Assembly (NCBI GenBank): GCA_028717645.1
Contig: JAQUNK010000002.1
Location: 12,897 to 76,896 of the forward strand
DNA length: 64,000 nt
Direction of reading: 5' to 3'
DNA from: Candidatus Omnitrophota bacterium
GTDB lineage: Bacteria; Omnitrophota; Gorgyraeia; Gygaellales; JAMWDD01
The position numbers were made by a program, and so were the translations under genes. Of the stretch, positions 36,082-45,187 are shown piece after piece. The notes under the pieces were generated by a model. The model saw only the letters and a list, made by a program, of their open reading frames with translations. It was not told the origin of the DNA and searched no databases. The stretch's first letter is position 1. Each line of letters begins with the position of its first letter.

Positions 36082-37023
36082 ATGGCAGAGCAGATCGAAA
36101 TGTTATATCAGAGGGATGTTTACGGAAAGACCCTGGTCGAGCTGGGCAAGGCCCATAAAGACATTGTGGTCCTGGATGCGGACCTTTCCAGTTCCACGCG
36201 TACGGCGTTATTCGCTAAAAATTTCCCCGAACGATTTTTTAACTTTGGTGTGGCAGAACAAAATATGATGGCCACTTCCGCAGGCCTGGCCAGTTGCGGA
36301 AAAACGGTTTTTGCCTCTACCTTCGCTATCTTTGCCAGCGGCCGGGCATGGGACCAGGTAAGGAACACGATCTGCTACAGCAATTCCAACGTAAAAATAG
36401 TGGCCACCCACGCCGGTATCACCGTCGGGCCGGACGGCGCCACGCACCAGGCCCTGGAAGATATCACGCTTATGCGTGCAATTACCAATATGAACGTGAT
36501 CGTGCCTTGTGACGGCCCGGAGACCGCGGAGGCTATTAAAGCAGCTTACGGAACAAAAGGGCCGTTTTATATCCGTTTAGGCAGGCCTAAGGTCCCGACA
36601 CTGGCGAACAAAAAACCTTTTCATTTTGGTAAAGCCTACAACCTTACCGAAGGCAATGACATAACCATTATTGCTTGCGGCATTATGGTTAATGAGGCCC
36701 TCCTGGCGGCAAAAGCACTTTGTGAAAAATGTATCGGTGTGCGTGTGATCAATATGCATACGATCAAGCCATTGGATCAGGAAATAATCATCAAAGCGGC
36801 CCAAGAAACCAAAGGCATCGTAGTCTGCGAAGAACATTCGGTGATCGGCGGCCTGGCCTCGGCAGTGGATGAGGTGGTTGCGGAAAATCATCCGACCACG
36901 GTAATTTGCGTTGGAGTCAAACACAGGTTCGGCCAATCCGGCGAATCGCTTGAGTTGATGCAGGAATATAACCTTACGGCAAAGGACATAGAAAAAGCGG
37001 CGTTGCGCATTGTTAAAAAATAA
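36082..37023 (+). CDS. tktB: transketolase, C-terminal (pyrimidine-binding/C-terminal domain) subunit
   Basis: 313 aa with typical FNFGVAEQNMM and ATHAGITVGPDGATHQ motifs. Confidence 0.85.
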   Translation: MAEQIEMLYQRDVYGKTLVELGKAHKDIVVLDADLSSSTRTALFAKNFPERFFNFGVAEQNMMATSAGLASCGKTVFASTFAIFASGRAWDQVRNTICYSNSNVKIVATHAGITVGPDGATHQALEDITLMRAITNMNVIVPCDGPETAEAIKAAYGTKGPFYIRLGRPKVPTLANKKPFHFGKAYNLTEGNDITIIACGIMVNEALLAAKALCEKCIGVRVINMHTIKPLDQEIIIKAAQETKGIVVCEEHSVIGGLASAVDEVVAENHPTTVICVGVKHRFGQSGESLELMQEYNLTAKDIEKAALRIVKK

Positions 37024-37033
37024 AGTTACATTA

Positions 37034-37173
37034 ATTCAAATCCGAAATCCGAATATCGAAATCCTAAACAAATCCCAAATCCGAATTTCCCAAATTCAAA
37101 ACAATTTAGTTTAAAACATTCGAATTTAGAATTTCGAATTTGTTTAGAATTTAGGATTTAGTGTTTCGGATTT
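37034..37173. repeat. AT-rich imperfect palindromic intergenic element, copy B (~140 bp, with extra AAATCCGAA direct repeats)
   Basis: It shares the 36-nt core and the ATTTCGAATTTGTTT…TTCGGATTT right arm with copy A (771-869). It sits between the tkt stop and the ispE start. Confidence 0.6.
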
Positions 37174-37189
37174 AACATTCCTTACCGAC

Positions 37190-38062
37190 ATGAAACAACT
37201 TACCCTAAAATCCCCGGCAAAACTCAATCTTTACCTAAAAATCCTCTCAAAACGTAGCGACGGCTTCCATAATATAGAAACTGTTCTGGAAAAAATAGAC
37301 CTTTGCGACAAGATCACTTTGACCGGAACCAAAGACGGGCGGATAAGCGTTGTTTGCCGCCAGCCGGCAGTCCCTACGGGCCGGTTGAACCTGGCTTTTC
37401 AAGCGGCTGAACTCTTAAAAAAAGACTTTCAGGTAAAACAAGGCGTAAAAATAACGCTTATTAAGAAGATACCTGCGGCCTGCGGCTTAGGCGGCGGTTC
37501 AAGCAATGCGGCAGCCGTATTACTGGGACTAAATCGCCTCTGGCACTTGGGGTTAAGTAAAAAACAATTGCTCAATTACGCAAAAAAACTTGGTTGTGAT
37601 GTGCCTTTTTTCCTTTCTGATGCTTCTTTTGCCCTTGCCAAGGGAAGAGGCGATGAGGTTAGGCCCTTACCTAATATTAAGCGTAAGTTTTGGCATTTAT
37701 TGGTGGTCTCAGGGGTAAAGATCCCCACCAGATCAGCCTATTGTTTATGGGATAAAAATAGAAATCTCGAGTTGACAAGGAAAAAAACTGATGTTAGAAT
37801 ACAACTCCTGGCTTTGCGGCAAAATAGCCTCTTATTTTTTGCTAAAGGCTTGTACAATAGTTTTACGGCGATTTCCCAGCGTCTTTGTCCGGATATATCG
37901 AGGATAATGCAGAGATTGGAAAAAATGGGCATCCAGGCGGTTTCGATGTCCGGGAAGGGCCCAGCAGTGTTCGGCATTGTTTCGTCGAGAAAGGAGGCTA
38001 TCGAGTACAAGAGACAGCTAGAGGGTAAAGGTTGGTCCGTATTTGCGGTAAAAACATTCTGA
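37190..38062 (+). CDS. ispE: 4-diphosphocytidyl-2-C-methyl-D-erythritol kinase
   Basis: The N-terminus is KLNLYLKIL.KR.DGFH and the GHMP-kinase motif is PAACGLGGGSSNAAA. Confidence 0.8.
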   Translation: MKQLTLKSPAKLNLYLKILSKRSDGFHNIETVLEKIDLCDKITLTGTKDGRISVVCRQPAVPTGRLNLAFQAAELLKKDFQVKQGVKITLIKKIPAACGLGGGSSNAAAVLLGLNRLWHLGLSKKQLLNYAKKLGCDVPFFLSDASFALAKGRGDEVRPLPNIKRKFWHLLVVSGVKIPTRSAYCLWDKNRNLELTRKKTDVRIQLLALRQNSLLFFAKGLYNSFTAISQRLCPDISRIMQRLEKMGIQAVSMSGKGPAVFGIVSSRKEAIEYKRQLEGKGWSVFAVKTF

Positions 38063-38096
38063 CATTACAACTGTTTTAAAGAGGAGAAAAGGACTT

Positions 38097-38567
38097 ATGG
38101 AAATCACAGAAGTTAGGATTTTTCCCAAGGATTCCCCGGACAAGAAATTAAGGGCCTATGCCACCGTGACGTTCGACAATGTTTTTGTGGTCAGGAATAT
38201 AAAGGTTATCGAAGGCTCAACGGGCTTGTTTATCGCCATGCCTTCACGCAAGGTCAAGCATCCCTGCCCGAAGTGTAATTTTAAGAACGAATCAAAAAGC
38301 AAATACTGCAATATGTGCGCCGCACAATTGCCTTTGATACAGAGGCCGGTAACTCCCTCTGATGTGAACAATTTGCAGTCGGAACATAAAGATATTGCAC
38401 ATCCCATAACTCAAACCTTCAGGGAATACCTGCAGAAGACGGTTCTGGAAGCATACGAGAAGCAGAAGACAGGCACGGGCATGAGCGCAAGCTCAAGTCC
38501 GAGCGCGAGCCCAAGTCCGAGCACGAACAGCGGTTTTTCGGGTTTAGCCCCTGAAACCAAATTTTAA
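38097..38567 (+). CDS. spoVG: SpoVG-family protein with an internal C4 zinc-ribbon insertion and a Ser/Pro-rich C-terminal tail
   Basis: MEITEVRIFP…LRAYATVTFDNVFVVRNIKVIEGSTGLFIAMPSRK and …DIAHPITQ match SpoVG. Between them lies CPKCNFKNESKSKYCNMCAAQL, then the tail SASSSPSASPSPS. Confidence 0.75.
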   Translation: MEITEVRIFPKDSPDKKLRAYATVTFDNVFVVRNIKVIEGSTGLFIAMPSRKVKHPCPKCNFKNESKSKYCNMCAAQLPLIQRPVTPSDVNNLQSEHKDIAHPITQTFREYLQKTVLEAYEKQKTGTGMSASSSPSASPSPSTNSGFSGLAPETKF

Positions 38568-38585
38568 TAAAAATTTAGAAGAGCA

Positions 38586-38620
38586 GCTGTCCTATTGAGT
38601 AGGACAGGCGTATGATTTTG
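38586..38620 (+). terminator. rho-independent terminator after spoVG (CTGTCCTA-TTGAG-TAGGACAG plus U-tract)
   Basis: Perfect 8-bp stem followed by GATTTTG. Confidence 0.65.
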
Positions 38621-38728
38621 GGACGTCGTCTCCCGACAGGCGCTTACGTGAGGCGGGATCCCGACGGGAAGTCCCGATAAATCTGGACGACACCATCGGG
38701 ACAATGGTAGGACATTCGAACCTAGATT

Positions 38729-38799
38729 TGCCCGGTTGTGTAACGGTAGCACATCAGAATTTGGGTCTGACTGTTGAGGTTCGAATCCTCACCGGGCAA
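38729..38799 (+). tRNA. tRNA-Gln (anticodon UUG), U1:A72 acceptor pair
   Basis: Manual fold: acceptor TGCCCGG/CCGGGCA, D-loop with GG, anticodon stem TCAGA/TCTGA with loop ATTTGGG, T-arm TGAGG-TTCGAAT-CCTCA; no CCA encoded. Confidence 0.65.
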
Positions 38800-38816
38800 T
38801 TTTAACGATAGAAATC

Positions 38817-40076
38817 ATGAAAAAATCCATTGCTTGCATAATTTTGGCGGCGGGTGAAGGAACGCGGATGAAATCGAGCGTCCCTAAGGTGCTGCATACT
38901 ATCTGCGGCCGGCCGATGATCAGTTATGTCCTGGATCTAGTAAAGAGATCAGGCATAAAAAATACGGTGATCGTCGTAGGGCATAAACAAAATTACGTAA
39001 AGAACTATTTGCCTAAAGGCATAAAGATAGCCGTCCAGAATAAATTACTGGGCACTGCCGACGCGGTCAAAAGGGCCATGCCGGCCTTAAAGAGTTTTAA
39101 GGGTACGGTGCTGGTCTTATATGCAGATAATCCTTTATTGAAGGCAGAGACAGTAAAAAAACTACTCAAGCACCATAATGAGAACAATTTTGCCGCTACA
39201 CTGCTTACCGCTAAACTAGAGGATCCTTCCGGCTACGGCAGGATCGTCCGCGATAAATGCAATTGTATTACAAAGATCATCGAACAGAAGGAAGCGAACG
39301 ACTTTGAAAAGGAAATAAAAGAGATAAATACCGGGATCATCTGTTTTGACAAGAATAAATTAACCGCTGCTTTAAAGCTGATCAGGGCGCATAATAAAAA
39401 GAAGGAATATTACCTTACCGACGCCGTGGAGATCTTTTACCAAAAAGGCGATATCGTCGGGGCGCTAAAGATAAAAGGAATAAATGAGGCCCTGGGAGTT
39501 AATTCGCAAGGCGAATTGGCCAGGGCGAACAAGGTCATGCAAAGAAGGATCTTAAGAAAGCACCTGGAAAACGGCATCAGGATAAAAGACCCTCAGTCCA
39601 CCTTCATTGACTGGGACGTAGAGATCGGCCAAGATACGGAAATTTATCCCTTTACAGTGATAGAAAGAGGTGCTAAAATTGGTAAACGCTGCCACATAGG
39701 GCCTTTCTGCCATTTACGCGAAAATGTAAAGTTAGGCAACGATGTTACCGCAGGCAATTTCTTAGAAATTGTACGTTCTCAAATTGGTGACGGGACTTTT
39801 ATCAAACATTTTTCTTATGTCGGGGATACCTTTGTCGGTAAATCGGTAAATATCGGCGCCGGCACGGTCACTGCTAATTTTGACGGCAAAAAGAAAAACC
39901 GGTCTATTATCAAAGATGGCTCTTTCATCGGCTCGGATACGGTCCTTGTGTCTCCGGTAAAAGTCGGCAGGAATGCCAGGACAGGCGCAGGCAGTATAGT
40001 TACGAAAAATAGTGTGATCAGCGACGGTACGACGGTAGCCGGCGTTCCGGCAAAAATTTTAAAGCGGGGAAAATAA
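38817..40076 (+). CDS. glmU: bifunctional UDP-GlcNAc pyrophosphorylase / GlcN-1-P N-acetyltransferase
   Basis: The N-terminus LAAGEGTRMKS…KVLH is the nucleotidyltransferase motif. The C-terminus has left-handed beta-helix hexapeptide repeats. Confidence 0.8.
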   Translation: MKKSIACIILAAGEGTRMKSSVPKVLHTICGRPMISYVLDLVKRSGIKNTVIVVGHKQNYVKNYLPKGIKIAVQNKLLGTADAVKRAMPALKSFKGTVLVLYADNPLLKAETVKKLLKHHNENNFAATLLTAKLEDPSGYGRIVRDKCNCITKIIEQKEANDFEKEIKEINTGIICFDKNKLTAALKLIRAHNKKKEYYLTDAVEIFYQKGDIVGALKIKGINEALGVNSQGELARANKVMQRRILRKHLENGIRIKDPQSTFIDWDVEIGQDTEIYPFTVIERGAKIGKRCHIGPFCHLRENVKLGNDVTAGNFLEIVRSQIGDGTFIKHFSYVGDTFVGKSVNIGAGTVTANFDGKKKNRSIIKDGSFIGSDTVLVSPVKVGRNARTGAGSIVTKNSVISDGTTVAGVPAKILKRGK

Positions 40077-40077
40077 T

Positions 40078-41016
40078 ATGAATAAATTAGCTATTTTTAG
40101 CGGCAATGCCCATCCGGAATTGGCTAAAAATATCTGCAGCTATTTGAAAGTAAATCTGAGCGACGCGATGGTCACGCGTTTTAGCGAAGGCGAAATACGC
40201 GTGAAGATCAATGAAAATATCAGGGGAAAGGACGTATTTATCGTCCAGCCCACCTGTCCGCCGCCCAATGATAATTTGATGGAACTATTGATCCTGATCG
40301 ATGCGGCCATGCGCGCCTCGGCCGACAGGATCACCGCGGTAATGCCGTATTTTGGCTATGCCCGGCAGGACAGAAAAGACCAACCGCGTGTTCCGATCAC
40401 CGCAAAATTAGTAGCAAATCTCCTGACCGTGGCCGGTGCAAACAGGATTTTGACCGTGGACCTGCATGCCGGACAGATCCAGGGTTTTTTTGATATACCC
40501 ATGGACCATCTTTTTGCCGTAGGTGTTTTTATCGAATATTTCAACAAGATGGGCCTGAAAGATCTGGTAGTGGTTTCGCCGGATGTAGGCGGTATTAAAA
40601 TGGCGCGCGCCTATGCCAAGAGGATGTCGGCGGGCCTGGCTATCATTGATAAAAGAAGAGTGAGCCCGGATGAAACCGAGGCCATGCATATTTTGGGTGA
40701 AGTAAAAGGAAAAAACGCAATTATCGTCGATGACCTGATCGCAACGGGTAGTTCGCTGATCGAGGCGGTAGAGGCCCTGAAAAGAGAAGGTGCCAAAGGC
40801 GTCTGGGCAGCGATAACGCACGGGGTATTATCCGGCCCGGCTGTTGAGCGCGTGGATAAAGCCAAGGCTCTCAATGAGCTGGTGATCACCGACAGCATAC
40901 CTTCGGAGAACCATAAGAAACATCCGAGGATCAAGGTATTAAGCATCGCGGAATTACTAGGGGAGGCAATAAAGCGTATTCATCACGAAGAATCTGTGAG
41001 CGCGCTTTTTGATTGA
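40078..41016 (+). CDS. prs: ribose-phosphate pyrophosphokinase
   Basis: PRPP-binding DLHAGQIQGFF and VVSPDVGG motifs; 312 aa. Confidence 0.9.
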   Translation: MNKLAIFSGNAHPELAKNICSYLKVNLSDAMVTRFSEGEIRVKINENIRGKDVFIVQPTCPPPNDNLMELLILIDAAMRASADRITAVMPYFGYARQDRKDQPRVPITAKLVANLLTVAGANRILTVDLHAGQIQGFFDIPMDHLFAVGVFIEYFNKMGLKDLVVVSPDVGGIKMARAYAKRMSAGLAIIDKRRVSPDETEAMHILGEVKGKNAIIVDDLIATGSSLIEAVEALKREGAKGVWAAITHGVLSGPAVERVDKAKALNELVITDSIPSENHKKHPRIKVLSIAELLGEAIKRIHHEESVSALFD

Positions 41017-41023
41017 GGAAAAT

Positions 41024-41737
41024 ATGGAAGAAATAATTCTGGAAGCACAAGCAAGGAAAGATACGGGCAGCCGCGTGGCAAAACATCTTAGGCACGAGGG
41101 CTTTATTCCGGCGGTGGTCTATAGCGCGGGCAAAAAGTCTCAGGCCATCCAGGTTGAAAGAAGCAAGATGCTGCATTTTCTGCATACGTACAGGGCCGAA
41201 GGCGTAGTCATCAATCTTAATGTCAAAGATGAAACCAAGCACAAAAATTACAACGTCATGATCAAAGAGATACAGCATGACCCGGTAAAAGAAGATATCA
41301 TGCACGTGGATTTTAACGAAATTTCCCTGACCAAGGCGATCAAAGCCGCGGTTCCCATAGTGACCAAGGGTGAAGCGCCGGGCGTCAAGCAAGACGGTGG
41401 TTCTTTGGACCATATCTTGTGGGAAGTAGAAGTAGAATGTTTGCCTACGGCCATACCCAAAGAGATAGTGGTAGATATCAGCAGCCTCAAAATCGGGGAT
41501 GCCATTGCCATAAAAGATATCAAGTTTCCCGAGGGTGTCAAAGTCCTGCATGACCCGAACGCCTCAGTGCTTTCCGTGGCTGCTCCGATAAAGGTCGAAG
41601 AAGTAGTCGCCGCGGCTGAAGCGGGAGCCGGTCCACAGGAACCCGAAGTAATCAAGGAAAAGAAAGAAGTCCCCGAAGCGGAAGCTGAAGGCGGGGCTGG
41701 CAAAGAAAAGGCCAAGGAAAAAGAAGAAAAGAAGTGA
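41024..41737 (+). CDS. rplY: 50S ribosomal protein L25 / general stress protein Ctc, with Glu/Lys-rich C-terminal extension
   Basis: L25 N-domain (…GFIPAVVY…). The ORF track starts at a TTG at 41009; GAGGAA lies 4 nt before the ATG at 41024, which is just after the prs stop. Confidence 0.8.
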   Translation: MEEIILEAQARKDTGSRVAKHLRHEGFIPAVVYSAGKKSQAIQVERSKMLHFLHTYRAEGVVINLNVKDETKHKNYNVMIKEIQHDPVKEDIMHVDFNEISLTKAIKAAVPIVTKGEAPGVKQDGGSLDHILWEVEVECLPTAIPKEIVVDISSLKIGDAIAIKDIKFPEGVKVLHDPNASVLSVAAPIKVEEVVAAAEAGAGPQEPEVIKEKKEVPEAEAEGGAGKEKAKEKEEKK

Positions 41738-42309
41738 AGTTAATCGTCGGCCTGGGTAATCCCGGCAGCGCCTATGTGAACACGCGGCACAATATCGGTT
41801 CTAGCGTGGTCTTGAGCCTGTCAAAAGAACACCGGATCGCCTTAAAGCGCGACCGCATCTCTAGTTGTTTCGCGGGCCGCGGGCTGATAGAAAATAAAGA
41901 AACAGTATTGGCCATTCCGCTTACCTATATGAACCTTTCGGGCAAAGCGGTAAGTTCTTTAATAAAAAAATATAAAATTAAGCCGCAGGATATCCTCATT
42001 ATTGCGGATGACCTGGACCTTGAATTCGGCAGAATAAAGGTAAAGCCAAGAGGTTCTTCCGCCGGACACCGCGGGATCGCTTCCGTAATCGAGTCTTTGG
42101 GCAGCGATGAATTCTGCCGCCTGCGCTTAGGGATAGGCAGGCCTTCGGCAAAAGAAGACGCGGCAGATTTTGTCTTAAGTAAATTTAACCGCAGCGAAGC
42201 AAAATTAATGGATGAGTTCATCTCTCAAGCCATGGATTCTAGCAGGATGTGGCTGGCAGATGGAATTACGAAGTGTATGGAAAAATATAATAGTCGGGAG
42301 CAAAAATAA
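41734..42309 (+). CDS. pth: peptidyl-tRNA hydrolase
   Basis: LIVGLGNPG…TRHNIG signature; 4-bp overlap with rplY. Confidence 0.85.
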   Translation: MKLIVGLGNPGSAYVNTRHNIGSSVVLSLSKEHRIALKRDRISSCFAGRGLIENKETVLAIPLTYMNLSGKAVSSLIKKYKIKPQDILIIADDLDLEFGRIKVKPRGSSAGHRGIASVIESLGSDEFCRLRLGIGRPSAKEDAADFVLSKFNRSEAKLMDEFISQAMDSSRMWLADGITKCMEKYNSREQK

Positions 42310-42596
42310 TGAAAAAATACGAAGCAATGTTTATGGTAAAACCGGATTTGGGCGAGGCTGAAACAAAAAACGTGTTCCAGCAGATCAATGACGCCATTAC
42401 CAAGAATAGCGGAGAGATAGTTACTTCCGGGCTCTGGTCGGAAAAAAAGCCGCTTTATTTTACGATAAAGAAATACAGAGAAGCGATATATTATCTGGTA
42501 GAATTCAACCTTGACCCTCTTGTCATTACCAAGATCAAATCACAGTACCGCATGAATGAAGATATTCTGCGTTCGTTAATCTTAAAAAAAGAATAA
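42309..42596 (+). CDS. rpsF: 30S ribosomal protein S6
   Basis: YEAMFMVKPDL… S6 N-terminus; 95 aa. Confidence 0.85.
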   Translation: MKKYEAMFMVKPDLGEAETKNVFQQINDAITKNSGEIVTSGLWSEKKPLYFTIKKYREAIYYLVEFNLDPLVITKIKSQYRMNEDILRSLILKKE

Positions 42597-42610
42597 TTTG
42601 AGGAGGCCCC

Positions 42611-43072
42611 ATGGCCAGTTTCAATAAAGTACTTTTGATCGGTAACCTTACCAAGGACCCGGAATTGCGCTATACTCCGCAAGGTACGGCCGTGGCCAAT
42701 TTAAGGTTAGCGGTGAACCGGCGCTTTAAAACCCAAAGCGGCGAGCAGAAAGATGAAGTCTGTTATATTACTTGTGTCGTCTGGGACAAGCAGGCAGAGA
42801 CCTGCAATCAATACCTGCGCAAGGGCCAGCCGATTTTGGTCGAGGGAAGGCTGCAGTCGCGCTCCTGGGAAGATAACGCCGGCCAGAAGCGCAATGTAGT
42901 AGAGGTAAGGGCGGAACGCGTGCAATTCCTGGGCGCTCCGCAACAACAAAAGAGCTCAGGCGCTGGCGTCGAAGAAATACAGGTCGAGCAGAAGCCGAGT
43001 GAAGAGACATATTCATCCAATTCGTGGTTAGAAGAAGGCGAGGAAAAAGCAAATGATAATATCAAAGAGTAG
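42611..43072 (+). CDS. ssb: single-stranded DNA-binding protein
   Basis: FNKVLLIGNLTKDPELRYTPQG…; OB fold; acidic C-terminal tail. Confidence 0.85.
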   Translation: MASFNKVLLIGNLTKDPELRYTPQGTAVANLRLAVNRRFKTQSGEQKDEVCYITCVVWDKQAETCNQYLRKGQPILVEGRLQSRSWEDNAGQKRNVVEVRAERVQFLGAPQQQKSSGAGVEEIQVEQKPSEETYSSNSWLEEGEEKANDNIKE

Positions 43073-43340
43073 AGGAACGGACAAAAGAGGCAAGAAGAGA
43101 GAATTTTCCAAAAGGCCCGAGGGCGGGTTCATCTTTCGTAAGAAAGTATGCAGATTTTGTAAAGACAATACAGAATCATTGGATTACAAGGATATGAAAA
43201 GGTTGGAGAGGTTTCTTACTGATAGAGGCAAGATTTTTTCCAGCCGTCTTTCCGGGAACTGCGCCAGACATCAAAGGATGCTCTCCGAGGCGATCAAAAG
43301 GGCGAGGTTTATGTCACTCTTGCCGTATGTAAAGGTATAA
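43053..43340 (+). CDS. rpsR: 30S ribosomal protein S18
   Basis: …CRFCKD…IDYKD…LERF S18 signature. Confidence 0.8.
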   Translation: MIISKSRGTDKRGKKREFSKRPEGGFIFRKKVCRFCKDNTESLDYKDMKRLERFLTDRGKIFSSRLSGNCARHQRMLSEAIKRARFMSLLPYVKV

Positions 43341-43342
43341 AA

Positions 43343-43789
43343 ATGCAAGAATTAATCTTAAAACAGGATGTACCGAAATTAGGCAAGGTCGGAGATGTGA
43401 TCAAGGCAAAGGATGGTTTTGCCAGGAATTTTCTTATCCCCAATGGCCTGGCTGCGCCTGCGACGAAAGAAAATCTTAAAAAGTTAGAGCAGGAAAAGTT
43501 GATCAGGCAGAAGGCATTGGAAGAAACCAGAAAAGACGCCCTGGAAGTGGCAAAAAAGCTTTCCGGCAAGTCTTTCACTATTTCTAGCGAAGTTCACGAA
43601 GAAGATAAATTATACGGCAGCATAACTTCCGTGGAAATTCACCGCGTTCTGGAAGATGAAGGGTTCAAGATCGATAAGAAGGCGATCCTTTTGGATGAGC
43701 CGATAAAATCTACCGGCATATTCGAAGTGCCGGTGAAATTGCATCCCGAAGTAACTACAAATATAAAGATCTGGATAGTAAAAAAGTAA
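43343..43789 (+). CDS. rplI: 50S ribosomal protein L9
   Basis: MQELILKQDVPKLGKVGDVIKAKDGFARNFLIP matches the L9 N-terminus. Confidence 0.85.
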   Translation: MQELILKQDVPKLGKVGDVIKAKDGFARNFLIPNGLAAPATKENLKKLEQEKLIRQKALEETRKDALEVAKKLSGKSFTISSEVHEEDKLYGSITSVEIHRVLEDEGFKIDKKAILLDEPIKSTGIFEVPVKLHPEVTTNIKIWIVKK

Positions 43790-43793
43790 GATT

Positions 43794-45137
43794 ATGCCTT
43801 CAGAAGCAATCTTAGAAAAGATTCCGCCGCAGAATCTGGAAGCTGAAATGGCCGTTTTGGGCGCTATGCTGCTTGATGAAGAAGCAGTGGCCTGCGGCAT
43901 CGAGCTTTTAGACCGCGACTGTTTTTACAAGGACGCCCACAAAAAGATCTTCGAAGCGGCCATTGATATTTATAATAATAACAAAGCCGTAGACCTGATC
44001 ACTATTTCTGATGAGCTGAAGAAAAGAGGCGAGCTGGAAGAAATAGGCGGAGTAAGTTTCCTCACCCAATTGGTCAATACTGTCCCCACCACGGCCAATA
44101 CCCAGCATTATGCAAAAATAATCAAAGAAAAAAGTATCCTCAGGTCCCTGATCAACAATGCTACGCAGATCGTTTCTTTAGGATATGAGTCGGAAGCGGA
44201 TATCCAGCAGGTGCTTGACCGCGCGGAACAGATGATCTTTGATATTGCCGACCGTAAGCCTAAGGCCGCGATCACCTCACTAAAAGAAGTCGTCAAAGCA
44301 AGTATCGAAACAATAGATAAATTATACCAGAAAAAAACGCACGTTACCGGCATACCCTCCGGATATGTAGAGTTTGACATTAAGACCGCGGGGCTGCATC
44401 CTTCAGACCTGACTATTGTGGCGGGAAGGCCTTCCATGGGGAAGAGTGCTTTGGCCTTGGGCATAGCGGAACATGTTTCCATAAATGAAAAAATGCCCGT
44501 AGCCTTTTTTAGCTTGGAAATGTCTAAAGAACAGCTGGTGCAGAGGCTGCTTTGTACGCATGCCCGCGTGGACGCACAGCGCGTACGCACAGGATATTTT
44601 TCCCAGTCAGATTGGCCGAAGCTCACCGCTGCGGCGGGGAAATTATCCGAGGCGCCTTTATTCATAGACGATACACCCGGCCTTTCCGTGCTTGAATTGC
44701 GCGCCAAGGCCCGCAGGCTAAAATCCAAGCACGATATCCAGCTGATCATTTTAGACTATATGCAGTTGATGCGCGGCAGCATTTCCAGGATCGACAGCCG
44801 CCAGGAAGAGATCTCAGAAATCTCCCGTTCACTTAAGGCACTGGCAAGAGAATTGAATTTACCCTTGATCGCAGTGAGCCAGCTTTCCCGCGCCGTAGAA
44901 TCCCGCAATGACCACCGGCCGCAGCTATCAGACTTAAGGGAATCCGGCGCCATCGAGCAGGATGCCGATGTGGTGGCGCTGCTCTTGAGAGAAGAATATT
45001 ATAATCCTACACCGGAGAACCAGGGTATTGCGGAAGTGAATATTGCCAAGCAAAGGAACGGCCCGGTGGGTTCTGTAAAGCTTACCTTTATCAAGGAATA
45101 TACCCGTTTTGAGAACCTGAGCAGGGTAGAAGAATAA
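43794..45137 (+). CDS. dnaB: replicative DNA helicase
   Basis: N-terminal PPQNLEAEMAVLGAML, Walker A GRPSMGKSA and RecA-like motifs. Confidence 0.9.
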   Translation: MPSEAILEKIPPQNLEAEMAVLGAMLLDEEAVACGIELLDRDCFYKDAHKKIFEAAIDIYNNNKAVDLITISDELKKRGELEEIGGVSFLTQLVNTVPTTANTQHYAKIIKEKSILRSLINNATQIVSLGYESEADIQQVLDRAEQMIFDIADRKPKAAITSLKEVVKASIETIDKLYQKKTHVTGIPSGYVEFDIKTAGLHPSDLTIVAGRPSMGKSALALGIAEHVSINEKMPVAFFSLEMSKEQLVQRLLCTHARVDAQRVRTGYFSQSDWPKLTAAAGKLSEAPLFIDDTPGLSVLELRAKARRLKSKHDIQLIILDYMQLMRGSISRIDSRQEEISEISRSLKALARELNLPLIAVSQLSRAVESRNDHRPQLSDLRESGAIEQDADVVALLLREEYYNPTPENQGIAEVNIAKQRNGPVGSVKLTFIKEYTRFENLSRVEE

Positions 45138-45148
45138 GAATAATTAAA

Positions 45149-45176
45149 TTGATTTTTTTCATTAATCCGATATAAT
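45149..45176 (+). promoter_or_regulatory. sigma70-like promoter TTGATT-16-TATAAT upstream of bamA (short SD-less leader)
   Basis: Hexamers read directly; the ATG is at 45188. Confidence 0.45.
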
Positions 45177-45187
45177 ATATTCCAATT

